Positions 52,386-64,000 of a stretch of 64,000 nt of DNA are shown here, piece by piece; the first letter of the stretch is position 1, and the number at the start of each line of letters is the position of its first letter. This DNA comes from Camelus ferus. Taxonomy: Eukaryota. The stretch covers positions 82,772,001-82,836,000 of the forward strand of contig NC_045697.1 of NCBI RefSeq assembly GCF_009834535.1, given 5' to 3'. The position numbers and the translations under genes were made by a program. Below the pieces are notes generated by a model that ran no database searches, had not been told where the DNA came from, and worked only from the letters and a program-made list of their open reading frames with translations.

Positions 52386-52899
52386 TATCTTGGTAACTCA
52401 GTTAAATCATATATACCGAACATATTATATGTCAGCCTCTAATCTAGGCACTGATCGTATATTGATGGGAAAAAGAGTAGAATTGAGACAAAATCCAGAC
52501 TTTATCAAACCCACAATTCTTATTCTACTTTTCCTATTACTGATTTCTGACCTTAGAGTGATAGGGTTTTTGTTTTTGTACTCACATATTTTGTCTTGAC
52601 CTACATTTTGACACTCAAACTTCTTCCGGAGTTTCCCTTTGTTCCTTTCCTGACTTAATCATTACATAAATGTGACTCCTGATGATGCCACCATTAGTCA
52701 CCCTTGCTGTCTTTTTGGATCTCTAGGTTTCACCTATTTGGGTCGTTTGGACTCAATTAACTCTGTTTCTCAAAATAAAATACGTTAATTATTGTATTAT
52801 CTAGATTGTGGACATTTCAGTGATTTTTTTCCTACAGCTATTTTATAGTAAAAAGTGTATTATAGTTAATAAATAGCATAAATTTTAAAAGGCTAAACA

Positions 52900-53360
52900 A
52901 AATTGCTGCTAGGAAAGCGCTAGAGAGAAAATGAAGGTGGAGAATCAGAAGGAGTAACTGATGGAACAACATCTGTGTGGAGCCAGGAGCACATGTGATC
53001 TTGACAAGTGCACTGAGACTCATATAAAACAGAAGAAAGCTCTTTTCCTTTGGTACAGAGAACAAGAAGGTAAGAACAGTTGTGGAAGCAGATTTCTTAT
53101 ATATGGAGTTTAGGAGGTTCTGCCTAATGGTCTCTCTGAAATGTAGGAATTGAGCTTTTCTGCTGAGAACTAGGCAATTTGATGTGAATGGAAAAAAAAT
53201 TGAAACCAATTTGATAAAGAAATGGGAAAGAGTTCTGACCAGAAAGACTGCAAGGTGGAGTTTAGGGTCCGGTTGGGATTGAGACCCTAGGACTTGCAGT
53301 GGCACCGAATAATGAGGCTGTTGGATGTTTCCAGGCAGTCTCAGCAGCACTTAGGAGCTT
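52900..53360 (-). mobile_element. L2 internal remnant
   Basis: Purine-rich 'gagaatcagaaggagtaactgatggaacaa', 'aggaggttctgcctaatggtctct' and 'tctgctgagaa' resemble antisense L2. Confidence 0.5.
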
Positions 53361-54216
53361 GCTGATAACTGCGCCGTGAAAAGGTATTCCAAGAAACATT
53401 TAGAAAGAGTAGAGGAATTTCTCTCTGTAACTTGGCAGACGTTTGTTACTGAAATTGAGAATAATATTTAACTTTGTTTCATAGAAAACAGAGCAAAATG
53501 TAAGCTAATCTGTCACATAATATCAATGCTTTAATAAAAATCTGTGTATAAGTCTCTCTGGAGATATAAACTTTCCCACTAGAAAAATTCATGAGTAATT
53601 TTTTTTATCGTGGTTTATCGGACAGATACACACACAGACTGTTAACTAAAATAGTAAGTATTTTTAGATCATATTTTGAACTAATATTCTACATTTGAAT
53701 ATTTATTTCAGTAATACCATAAAACTCTTAAAGATGCTCAAGTTAGAGTGTTGAGTTTTAAGTTGCAAATACTACATTTCATTTCTGCTCCAGTCTTGGG
53801 AAGAAACAGATGCAGGAAAATAAATCTCCAATATAGCCAAATCAATGGCCAGACAAACCTCTCACAGAAACTACTCTACTCCCAGCTCTCCAAGGGCAGA
53901 TCTACTATGTGGACCTACCAGATGTGCTTGAGCTCACCTCTGAAAAGTGGTACCCAGAATGGTATTATAATCTGGAGATAAAAAAGAAAGAAGATCCTCT
54001 GAACACAATCTAAATAGGTTATAAAAAAAAAAAAAGGATAGGTAGACTTTGGTTCTTAACTATGAAATGTTAACATCATTAATAAATAAAACCTGGGCTT
54101 CTCAGCATCTTAGAAACCTTCAATTAGACAATCTAGAGCAGCTGGTGTTGGATGATTGGCCACAGAGCAAGGCAGAAACAAGAGAATGAGGATAAACAGA
54201 GGACTAGGAAGCAGCG

Positions 54217-54226
54217 AAGATGGCGG
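54217..54226 (+). promoter_or_regulatory. Intact YY1 motif AAGATGGCGG of L1 internal promoter
   Basis: Exact motif at the 5' end of the L1. Confidence 0.7.
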
Positions 54227-54519
54227 AGAAGGAGGACAGTCGTAGTTCACCCTCTCCCACTAGTTCACCCTCTCGCACAAGTACACTGAGAGACATCCAC
54301 GGACCAACCCGTTCACTCAGAACACCTGCTGAACTTTGACAGAATATCACCTTCTCCGAAAGAAAATCTGGTAAGACCAAAAAAAGAAGAAAAACGAAAC
54401 TAGTGTGGGACCTGTCCCACGGGAAGGGAGCAGCAAAGGAGAAACAGGACTCATATGCTGGGCCTCCCCCAGAGGTCAGAGGGGATGGGGGTTGGGGAGG
54501 GGGATCCTCCGAGGCTTGG

Positions 54520-55400
54520 ATCTGTGTACGGCAGCCCTCCGCCAACAGAACTAAGTGAAACGGCTACAAAGGGTCCCTGTGGTCCCCAGCCCTAGGCGTG
54601 AGCAGGCGGGGTGTGGGCTGGGACTGGCTGCCTGAGAGGGGCCGGCGGAAGGCTGTGGGCTGACGGCGCAGAGGCAGCCTCAGGCAACTGGTGTGTGCGG
54701 TGCGCTGTGGCTGGGAGTTTATACAGAACAGAACACCCTGGGTCCCCCATTGAAAGAAAAAAAGAAAAAGAAGGAAACCCACACTGCTGGTTGAGGGGAG
54801 GGGCGCAATGCGGATGGGCCGTTGCCTTTGTCTCCTCAGACCCGCGGCACGGTCGCCGGCGCTTCTCTGGAGAAGAGAGGTGGGGCTCGGCCACAGCCAC
54901 CATATTTTCTGGTGCGCCGCTGGGCTCTGAGGCGGAGGTGGGGTTGAAACCTGAATCCATACCCAGGGGTTCCACAACTTTTTACAGGCAGGACTGAGAT
55001 TTGTTTACAGCCCCAGGCAGAGGGGACTATTTTGCTCCAGGGGTGCCTTTGTGTGCCTGTGCCTCTAACACAAACGAGAAAGGAGAGGAGTTCTGCTGCA
55101 CAGCTGGGACCAGGCCTTGTGCAGCCGTCTTTTGGGAGCCCACTTACCGTGCGTGGACGCGCGCTGGGGACGGCGCCGACCCTGTGTCCTGACCTGCGGA
55201 CCTCCGTGACGAACGAGCGGAGTTCACGCAGGAGGGTGTGTGCAGGGCCCGCGGTCGGCGCTGACGCGGTAGCGCGAGGGTGCAGCCGCTGGGGGCTGGG
55301 GGCCGGGGGCCCTACCGGCGCAGGACTAAGATGAATGAGCAGAGTTCACACAGCGGGGAGAGTGCAGGGCCGGCGTTTGGTGCTGGGAACGGCGCTGACT
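54520..55400. promoter_or_regulatory. CpG-island-like segment in L1 5'UTR
   Basis: GC-rich. About 26 CpGs counted by eye in 55141-55330, against a CpG-depleted background. Confidence 0.75.
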
Positions 55401-55930
55401 GGAGAGTGTACCAAGATCAGGTACGTGACCCAGAAGTCAGCAAAACTGCACTGGTAGCTCTGAGGGCAGAGAACCTGGGGGACACCAGAGCAATGCAGTG
55501 ACATTCCTGTGGCTAAAGCAGGGACAAGGACAGGGTCAACAAAAGAGGACTTAATGTGCTCCAAACCCACCTACCACACACCACAGCTCAGAAATGGGTC
55601 TGGAAGCCTCCATTCCAACAAAAGGGGAGCAGAACTGGTCCCTGTCAGGTCTATGACAACCACAGAACAAAAAAGAGGCCCCACTCAACAACCAGGGCAG
55701 GCTCTCATCACCACAACACCGGCCACACCCCCAGTCAAAGGGATACCAGCCAACACACACAGAAGAAAGACATGGCAGCCATCCATAATAAAAACAGACC
55801 TTGCAACAAAATTACTAGAGGTGCACCGTCTACACAAGAGCACATCTTCTTTATAAAACGAACAACAAAAAAATCCGTTCGAGACCACAGTAGATAACTG
55901 CTACTCCATAATCCATAGAGCCAGAGAGAT

Positions 55931-56827
55931 ATAAGTAAAAGGAAGAAGCTGAGGAACTACTCCCAATTAAAAGAACAAGAAAAATCCCCTGAAAGAACAA
56001 TCAATGAAATAGACCTCGATAGTTACTAGATCATGACTTCACAAGGGAGGTTACTAAAGCACTGAAGGAAATAAAAGAGACTATGAATAGAGACAGAGAA
56101 CACTATAAAAAGCAAATTGAAACTATAAAGAGGAGCCAATTAAAAACAGACAACTCAATGACTGAGATAAGAGTTGAGCTAAAGGAAGTCAAAACTAGAC
56201 AATGTCAGACTAGATAATGCAGAGGAATGAATAAGTGACTTAGAAGACAGGATAAGAGTAGTCACAGATAGAAAAGAAAGTAAGAACCAATGAAAGCAAT
56301 ATAAGGGACCTATGGGATAATATAAAGCGTGCCAACCTATGCATAATAGGGGTCCCAGAAGGAGAAGAAAGAGCAAAGGAGATAGAAAAGGTATTTGAAG
56401 CAATCATGACTAAAAACTCCCCAAACCTAAAGAAGGAATCAGATATCCAAGTACAGGAAGCATAGGAGGTCCCCAACAGGAAGAACCCAAACAGACCTAC
56501 ACCAAGACATATGATAATTAAGATGGCCAAGTTCAAAAATAAAGAAAGGATTCTAAAGGCAGCAACAGAAAAACGAAGAGTTAGTTACAAGGGAACCCCC
56601 ATAACGCTTTTAGCTGATTTCTCAACACAGACATTGCAGGCCAGAAGGGAGTGGCAAGATATATTCAAAGCCCTGAATGAGAAAAAGTTGCAGCCTAGAA
56701 TACTCTATTCAGCAAGACTATCCTTTAGAGTAGAAGGAGAGATAAAGAATTTCAGAGACAAGCAAAACTGAAAGAATTCAGCAATAATAAACCTATGCTA
56801 AAAGAAATATTGAAAAGTCTACTCTAA
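55931..56827 (+). pseudogene. L1 ORF1p, disrupted (start ATG->ATA, stops and frameshifts)
   Basis: Alignable to 18783-19683. ORF track 56511-56771 gives MIIKMAKFKNKERILKAATEK...LYSARLSFRVEGEIKNF. Stop TAA 56825-56827. Confidence 0.92.
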
Positions 56828-57222
56828 ATAGAAAAGAAACAGGACACTATAGAAAGGAGAAAAGCATAATTGGAAAGGTGATAACTACAATGAGTGGCAA
56901 CAGAATAAACATGAAGATGTAAAAGAGGACATCAAAATCATTAAAAGTGGGAGAGGGGAGCAAAAAATACAGAATTTTTTCTTTTTTTTTGGTTCTGTTT
57001 AGGATGTGTTTGAGCTTATATGAATATCAATTTAAAGCAAATAGCTATAGTTATGGGTTAATATACTTGAAAAACAGGGTAACCCCAAATTAAAAGCATA
57101 ACGTAGAGTCACAAAACCCAAAAAGAAACCAAGACAATATGAAAGAAAATTATCAAATCATAAAAAGAAAAAGAAAAAGGAACAAAGAGGAAATACTAAA
57201 TCAACTGGAAAACTAAGTTCAA

Positions 57223-57768
57223 ATGGCAGGAAACACACATCTATCAATAATTACTGTAAATGTCAATGAACTAAATGCTCCAGTCAAAAGACACAGAGTG
57301 GCAGATTAGATAATAGAATAAGAACCCTCAATATGCTGCATACAAGATACCCACTTTAGGGAGAAGGACACACATAGATTGAAAGTGAGAGGATGGAAAA
57401 AGGTATTTCATGCAAATGGAAACAACAAGAAAGCAGGAGTAGCAATTCTGATTTCAGACAAAACAGACTTTAAAACAAAGGCCATTAAGAAAGATAAAAA
57501 AAGGCAGTATATAATGATTAAAGGAGCAACAAAAGATGAGGTTATTTCTCTTTTTAACATATATACACCCAATACAGGAGCACCTAAATTCATAAAGCAA
57601 ATACTAACAGACATAAAGGGAGAAATTTATGGGAACACAATCATAGTAGGAGACTTTAACACCCCATTAACCGTTGAACAGGTCTTCCAGACAGACAATC
57701 AATAAGGTGATGGAGATACTAAATGACACAATTAAACAGTTGGACTCAGTTGATATTTTTAGGATGTT
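57223..57768 (+). pseudogene. L1 ORF2p N-terminal APE endonuclease domain, disrupted and truncated
   Basis: MAGNTHLSIITVNVNELNAPVKRHRVAD*, then KAGVAILISDKTDFK, NIYTPNTGAPKFIKQ and IIVGDFNTPL. Confidence 0.92.
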
Positions 57769-58883
57769 GTACTGTACACCAGAAACTGACACATTGTAAC
57801 TGATTGTACTTAAGTTAAAAAAATTTTTTTAATTAAAAAAAATAGAAAAGGAATAAATTTCCCCCCATGGGTCAAGAGGGAAATTTTAAAAAAGAGAGCA
57901 ACCATAAATGTTCCCCTTCTCCTCAACCTTTATTAAATCAGAGAACAAAGACTGAATATTAACACAGCTCACAGATGACAAGCACAGTAACGCTTGAGAA
58001 CCAGAGATCTGAAAGAAAAGCTAATCAGCAATCTGTCCAGACTTTCTTCCAAATAATAATGATCTCAGTGACAATTTTGGCATAAAATGAAAAGAAACCA
58101 ATTTATTGTCACATTATCACATGAGTGCCTTATATCCTTGCAAATATTTTGTTATTGACTGAAGTTAAGGCCTTATACTTTAGAGTAAAAATGCACAATA
58201 TTCTGCTGTGAAATTTTGGGAGCGCCCCAAAGCTTATTCCAACTGAAAAGCATCTATTCTTACATTAAATGGGACTCAGTGGTGATTAAAAAATATTAAT
58301 TGCAAAAATATGAATGGTATAAATAATTAAATACCTAACAAGTCTGATTTAATATTGTTATCTAAAACTGCTAAAAATACACTAAATAATTTGTTGTAAA
58401 TTTACAATTATATAGACTAAATTTCCTTTATGTTAAAAATCTTAGTCATATAGTAAACATAAAATACCAAATAGCAAAAATGTATCTCTTTTGAAATTAT
58501 TATTTAAATTACAGAGACAGGCTTATTTCATTTTTCAGGAAACAGTGATTTACATTTATTAATTCTCTTAAATTAACATTTTTCTAGTTTTATAAGAATT
58601 TCAGCTCTTTGTCTAAAATTGTTTGTTTTATGTGTAGTTCACTCTACCTAACTATATATCTTAGAATCTTTGATTTATAAGATCTGGGCTTCCTTAAATT
58701 CCTGTAGTTTTCACTGACAACATTTTAAATATTTTTTCCTTCTGAAATCCCAGTATGTCTTTCCTAAGGATGCATTTGCTTTATCAGAACTCAGAATAAA
58801 CCCATAATATAGCCAGAAGATAAAAATGTCAACTAATTGATTATTAGAAATGAATATATTCTGCTTTTAAGGTGCTTAGAAAC

Positions 58884-59020
58884 TGTATTTGTTTGCTGTG
58901 ACAAATTACTACAGATTGGTGGTTTACAACAGCAGAAATTTATTTTCTTACCATTCTGGAGGTCAGAATCTAAAATCAAAGTGTCAGCAGGGCTGTGATC
59001 CCTCCAAAGACTCTAGGGAA
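58884..59020 (-). mobile_element. MLT1C/D-like LTR fragment
   Basis: 'tgctgtgacaaattactacagattggtggttta...ttctggaggtcagaatc...aagtgtcagcagggctg...ctctaggga'. Confidence 0.75.
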
Positions 59021-59349
59021 TTGATTTGGGCATATGTAGATATGTGTTTCTTAATGCCTTTGTCTCATCTACACTGACCCAGATGTCCAGTAACATAGGT
59101 TTCACGTAATTAAAATGCTGTTGTAGTGAGTTACTTTTTAATTTAAGAAACATACGCGTTGTTCAGGTCACCTTTAGAGTTATATTTAGGATTTTCAGTA
59201 TTGAAAATCTTTCTCTAGTTTGTACTTAACATTGTAATTTACTTACATAGTTGATTCTGAAAAGTATGCTAAATATGTTTGCATAGCATTAGCAATTAAT
59301 TTTGTGACATCCTTTCTATCATGAGTCTATGTCTATTAAAATGATAATA

Positions 59350-59590
59350 CAGTAGCAGTTAATATGTGGAGCATGGACTATGTGCCAGATATTTTTCAAT
59401 TGCTTTAAATTCATTATATTATTTACTTTTCATAGCAACTCTGTGTGGTAGATGTTACTATTATGTCCATTTGTAGGTGAAAGTAAGAAGAGGAAGTAAA
59501 GTAATTACCAAAGGTCAACTATCTTGCAAGAGGTAGAATTGTGATTTGATCTCAAGTGAGGGCAAGTCTAGAGCACATGAAATTTTACAT
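59350..59590 (-). mobile_element. MIR SINE
   Basis: 'gagcatggactatgtgccaga...catagcaactctgtgtggtagatgttactattatgtccatttgtagg...aagtaattaccaaaggtca'. Confidence 0.75.
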
Positions 59591-59668
59591 CACACATGTC
59601 AAATTTGGTCATGTGGTTTTACAACAGAAAAAAAAATCCTTGGTTCACATTACATTCATCTGGTAGAT

Positions 59669-59877
59669 CAAGCTTTGGCAAGTTATGACCCTCAGACCAA
59701 ATTGTACATACCACTGTTTTTGTAAATAACAGACAAACCCATTTGTTTATGTATCATCTATAGCTGCTTTCCTGCTGGAATGGCAGAGTTGAGTAGTTGT
59801 GACTAAGACATTGTGGCCAGCAACACCTAAAATATTTACTAAATAGTCCTTTTGCGAATAAGTCTATTAGTCACTGG
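59669..59877. mobile_element. MER58A-like DNA transposon (MITE)
   Basis: 'ctgtttttgtaaataa...ccatttgtttatgtatcatctatagctgcttt...ggcagagttgagtagttgtgac...cctaaaatatttacta'. Confidence 0.85.
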
Positions 59878-60049
59878 TTTAGATTATCATTATTATAATA
59901 CTGTACAATTCATTTTCATATTATGAAAACTTTTTTTTATCAAATCAGTCAAAAATAGTGAATATTTACAGATTATCATTATTGTTTCAATATTCTTTCA
60001 GATACTGTAGACTCACACTGTACTAAAAACCTCATAACTCAAGAGTCTT

Positions 60050-60718
60050 AATAGTGAAGTTGAATTTGTAATTAAAAAAGTCCCATCAAGCAAAAGTCCT
60101 GTAGCATATGGCTTCATCGTAGGAATTCTATCAAATATATAAAGAAGAGCTAAGAACTATCTTTCTCAAACCATTCCAAAAAATTGCAGAAGATGAAACA
60201 CCCTCAGATTTATTCTATGAAGCCACCATTACCCTGATACCAAAACCTGACAAAGACACCACACACACACACACACACACAAAATCACAGGCCAATATCT
60301 GTAATGAATATAGATGCAAAAAATCCTTAACAAAATATTAGCAAATTGAATCCAACTCTATTCAAAAAGGGTCATTTGCCACAATCAAATGGGATTTATT
60401 CCAGGGTTGAAAGGGTGGTTCAATATTTGCAAATCAATCAATGTGATTTACCACATTAACAAAAGGGAGCATAAAAATTACATGATCATCTTAGTAGACA
60501 CAAAAAGCATTTGACAAAATTCAAACTCTATTCATGATAAAAATTCTCCTCAAGTGGATATAGATGGAAAATATCTCAACATAAAGGCCATTTATGATAA
60601 ACTGACAGCTAACATCATACTCAATGGTGAAAAGCTGAAAGCCTTTCCTCTAATATCAGGAACAAGGCAAGGATGCCCATTTTCATCAATTCTATATAAC
60701 ATAATGTTGGAAGTCTTA
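60050..60718 (+). mobile_element. L1 ORF2 RT-domain fragment containing a (CA)n expansion at ~60258-60280
   Basis: ORF track gives [34 protein letters not shown]. Also 'attctatgaagccaccattaccctgataccaaaacc' (FYEA.ITLIPKP). Confidence 0.9.
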
Positions 60719-61359
60719 CGTACTGAAGTCTTGTCTGTGTTGTTTTGGCCAGGACTTTACAGTGTATCTTCCTTCCAAACTCTTGAATTTCCACAAGACT
60801 TGTTATATATTTAAGTATTTTTCTTATAATCTTCTTCTTTTTCAAAATTTTCCTGGTAAAGTTAACATTTTATATTTCTACATAAAATTAAAAATGGTTT
60901 TTCAAGTCATAAAAAATAAAAAATCAATTTATTTTTAGAGAAATATTTTTGATTGGTATAAAAAACTGATATATATAAAATTGTTATTTCATTCTTACCA
61001 TCCAAAACCAATATATTACTTGCAAATTTCTCCCCCTTTATAAATATATATGTATAATATATAATATAAATATAAATTTAATAAAATGTTTAAAACCAAT
61101 TTATGTATTACTATTATATATCTTATATTATATACTTTATATACATACACTCCCCTGCACACACATACATACACAGATATCAGATAGAAAACAAAAAGAG
61201 AAATTGCTTCCTCTTCCCAGTATTGGTACTCTTTATTTCCTTCTTATATATTATTACATTGCCATTAGCAAAGTGGGCTTTTTAGTTTCAGGAATGACTG
61301 GAAAAAAAATAGCCCCTCTCCTTAGACTCACTTAAAGTAGAATTTTTTAAAGTATATAA

Positions 61360-61990
61360 ATAGTAAACTTGAAGACATACTTACAGAAACTATCCAAAAC
61401 AAGGGTAGATATATATTAAAAAATAAAAAAAGAATCAGAGGAAATGAAGGAAGAAAAGACCATCAATGAATCACGGGACAACTTCAAGAACCTTACATAT
61501 ATATAACTAGAGTCCTTGAAAGAGGAAAGGAGTGTCAGAAGAACTATTTGAAAAAAAAATGGCAAAAATAATTCTGAATTCAAGAAACTCTCAAAATCAT
61601 TCCAAGAATCATGAAGGAAGCTGCATCAAGACACATAATAATCAAATTGCTCTAAAACATTGATAAAAAGCCTTAAAAGCAGCCACAGAAAAAACACACA
61701 TTATATAAACGGGAGCAAAGATAAGGATGACAGCAGAATTCTTCAAAGCAATGAATGTCATAAAGGATTTGGACAAAATGTTGAAAAACCCATCAATCTA
61801 TAGAATTCTATACTCAGTGAAAATATCTTTCAACAACAAAGGCAAGGTGAAGACGTTTAGGAGGCAGAAGGTGAAAAGAATTCCTCTCCAGCAGACTATC
61901 ACTACAAGGAATGTTAAAAGATATCCTCCAGGGGGAAGAAAATGATACCAAGTAAAAATGTTGATCAAAACAAAAGAATGATGAGCAGTA
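61360..61990 (+). mobile_element. Ancient L1 ORF1 remnant (L1ME-like)
   Basis: 'catcaagacacataataatcaaattgc', 'ataaggatgacagcaga', and RILYSVKISFNNKGKVKTF (ORF1 CTD-like). Confidence 0.75.
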
Positions 61991-62439
61991 AAGTTTTATT
62001 GGAACATATGCAGTATAAAAGCAGCAAAGAGAATGAAGTGTCCACCAGAGATGAAATTAAAAATTCTTTAGAGAAGGAGTGTGAACAAAGAGTTATAATA
62101 AAGGACCATTGTGAGAGAAATACTGACCTAGATTATGTGCAAAGCAAGGGGAATCGTGGTTACAAAAAAACTGTATATCTGGCAGAATTCAAGAGAGGCT
62201 CAAGAGTCCAAAAGAACTTGTTATTTTTTAGGGCTAGGAAAGATATTTAGAACTTTAAAAAATGTTCTGTGTGAAACAGGAAATTTCTGTACCACTTCAG
62301 GTGATAGAAAAGCCATAAATCATCAACAGAATTAGAGAGGGAGTTATTTTTTCTCAAACAGAAAAAGTATGAAAGTAGGCCTTTCAGATAGTTCGAGACT
62401 CTGAATCCTATTTTTTTCTCTGAAATACTTATCATTTGA

Positions 62440-62725
62440 CTTATTTTTCCCCTGTGGCCTCATGGTGGCAATGCAGCTCCAAGAACATTTGTAATTCAGG
62501 TAGAAAGAAAGCATGAGAAAAATGTGACTGGTTTCTTCTCCTCATGGAGAAAAATCTTCTTCAGAGACTTCTTCCTACATCATATGGCAAGAATGTGTAT
62601 GTCGCCACTTCTAGCTGAAAAGGAGTCTTAAAGTCCAATATTTCAGCCTTCTAGAATCCATATAAGAGGAAGGCAAAGGAGAAGGAAATTTTGGATGACT
62701 TCATGTGACTTTATAAGAGCCCACA
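62440..62725 (-). mobile_element. Old MLT1 (J/K/L-like) LTR remnant
   Basis: 'ctcatggtggcaatgcagctcca', 'cagagacttcttcctacatcatatggcaagaa...gccacttctagctgaaaaggagtct'. Confidence 0.55.
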
Positions 62726-63096
62726 AAGTAAAACTCTAACCCTGAAACAAAGAAGCTGAAAATGTAAGATCAGAGAAGAAACTGAGAATTCAAAAGGAAT
62801 AGAGGGATCATTAAAAATTACTTTATAATATTCTATTAGGCATTCTACAATCTTGCAATAAATTGCACAAATGTACTAAAAATGTTATTAAAATTTATTT
62901 TGTAAAATAATTATAGCTATATACTATGTAAGAATTTTTTTAATCCACAAAATTATCATTTTCTGCAAGAAGCAATCTGTGGGAAAACATTATTTTCTGC
63001 AGGAAGTAACCTGTAAGGACACGCTAAAGAGTAAAATTATGAATAGTATTTAGTCTATAGCTCCGTTATCTGGGAAGAAGTAAAGTTAAACACACC

Positions 63097-63168
63097 TTCT
63101 CTCTCTCTCCCTCTCTCTCTCTCTCTCTGTCTCTCTATCTCTCTTTTCTCTCTCTCTCACACACACAC
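63097..63168. repeat. (CT)n(CA)n compound microsatellite
   Basis: Seen directly. Confidence 0.95.
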
Positions 63169-63179
63169 CCCCAATCACC

Positions 63180-64000
63180 CATTGCCACGAAGTGAAAAAA
63201 CATTTCACCAGAAATGAGGGAAAATTCTCACTACTGATAGGCTTATGTCTTCCATTCTTCACATGAAGCAGCTACCAACTGCTGGTCTGGTAGGAACAGT
63301 CTTAGTCAAAAATTATTAATAAATCAAAGGAACCAGCGCAGAATCACGCAAATGATGGTGCATAATTTAAAAAGAAAAGATAAAGGGACAGTGCAATCAA
63401 ACTGATGGCAAAGAACACTTTGCAAGAATATGACAGTAAAGCAATTAAAAGTCAAGATAAAAATTGATTTAAAATTTATTTAAATATTCTAGAATTCAAG
63501 GCTTAGATATAAGAATTCAGGGAAGATATGATGGGTGGATAGATAAGACAAAATTTTAGCTTTCAGAATTCAACAAAGAAAATAAAGAGAAAATAATCAG
63601 CACAGAAAAGCCAAACTTCATAGAGATACTAAAAAATGCAGAATGGCTGTAGCTAAAAAAAAAAAAGTAAGGGATAAAAGGCAACAAAAATGGAATCCAA
63701 AATAACTTGTGAAAAAGAATATAGGAAAAAAATAAAGAGAACAAATTAAGGAGAATATACACTTATACCGAACATCCATCAAGAGGAAAATAAAGTAAAA
63801 GCATCTAAAAGTTTTTTCTCAAGCAAACTTTTGAGGAGTTAACCAATATGCTGAAAGAGTTCACATCGTATTTTGAAATATATGGATCTTTAGCATTGAC
63901 ACAGGTCTTAGGAAAGTTCCTGGGTTTCAGAGAGAATGAAAAATTCCTTGAAGTATTCAAGCAGAAAGATTCAAGCACCCATAAACAGTGCTGATATTCC
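63180..64000 (+). mobile_element. Very old L1/HAL1 ORF1-like remnant, running off the window
   Basis: A-rich, with weak ORF1-like motifs ('aacatccatcaagagg', 'gacacaggtcttaggaaagttc...gaaaaattccttgaagtattcaagcagaaa'). Confidence 0.4.

Larger units (their letters stand above)
54205..57843 (+). mobile_element. Lineage-specific L1: 5'UTR, ORF1, long inter-ORF spacer and ORF2 endonuclease domain, joined to the extreme 3' terminus
   Basis: 5' 'aagatggcgg', with the first ~800 bp homologous to 17442-18250. ORF1 55931-56827 and ORF2 from ATG 57223. Jump at ~57768 to 'ctgtacaccagaaactgacacattgtaactgattgtactt' plus A/T tail. Confidence 0.92.

Noticed and set aside
52838..53350. 170-aa minus-strand ORF
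   Set aside because: No recognisable domain, L/F/S-rich composition, and it overlaps a probable L2 remnant.
1..64000. Inferring a host gene on the minus strand from the plus-strand bias of long L1s
   Set aside because: Most LTRs and many short L1s are on the minus strand, so the orientation signals conflict, and no exon was found.

Overview
Mammalian, AT-rich, non-coding DNA (intergenic or deep intronic), most likely from a camelid (alpaca, llama or camel). That inference rests on three tRNA-derived Vic-1-type SINEs, cetartiodactyl-type L1 3' ends, and no recognisable ruminant BovB/Bov-A, pig PRE-1 or primate Alu elements. I found no host protein-coding exon, RNA gene or CRISPR. The ORF-track entries are L1 ORF1/ORF2 remnants, antisense or GC-rich L1 5'UTR frames, simple repeats or chance ORFs. 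Roughly half the window is interspersed repeat: young lineage-specific L1s, older L1MC/L1ME, L2, MIR, MaLR/ERVL LTRs (MLT1, MLT2) and MER58/MER5 DNA transposons, several nested and several with visible target-site duplications (TSDs). The most notable object is a TSD-flanked ~3.1 kb L1 derivative (17442-20522). It has a complete 5'UTR, ORF1, 3'UTR and A-tail but lacks almost all of ORF2, i.e. a half-L1 (HAL1)-like architecture. A related L1 (about 54205-57843) also keeps both termini with ORF2 cut after the endonuclease domain, and its 5'UTR is still strikingly CpG-rich. One SINE carries an apparent 3' transduction. Subfamily names come from recalled consensus features, not a database search, and boundaries of old elements are approximate (tens of bp).
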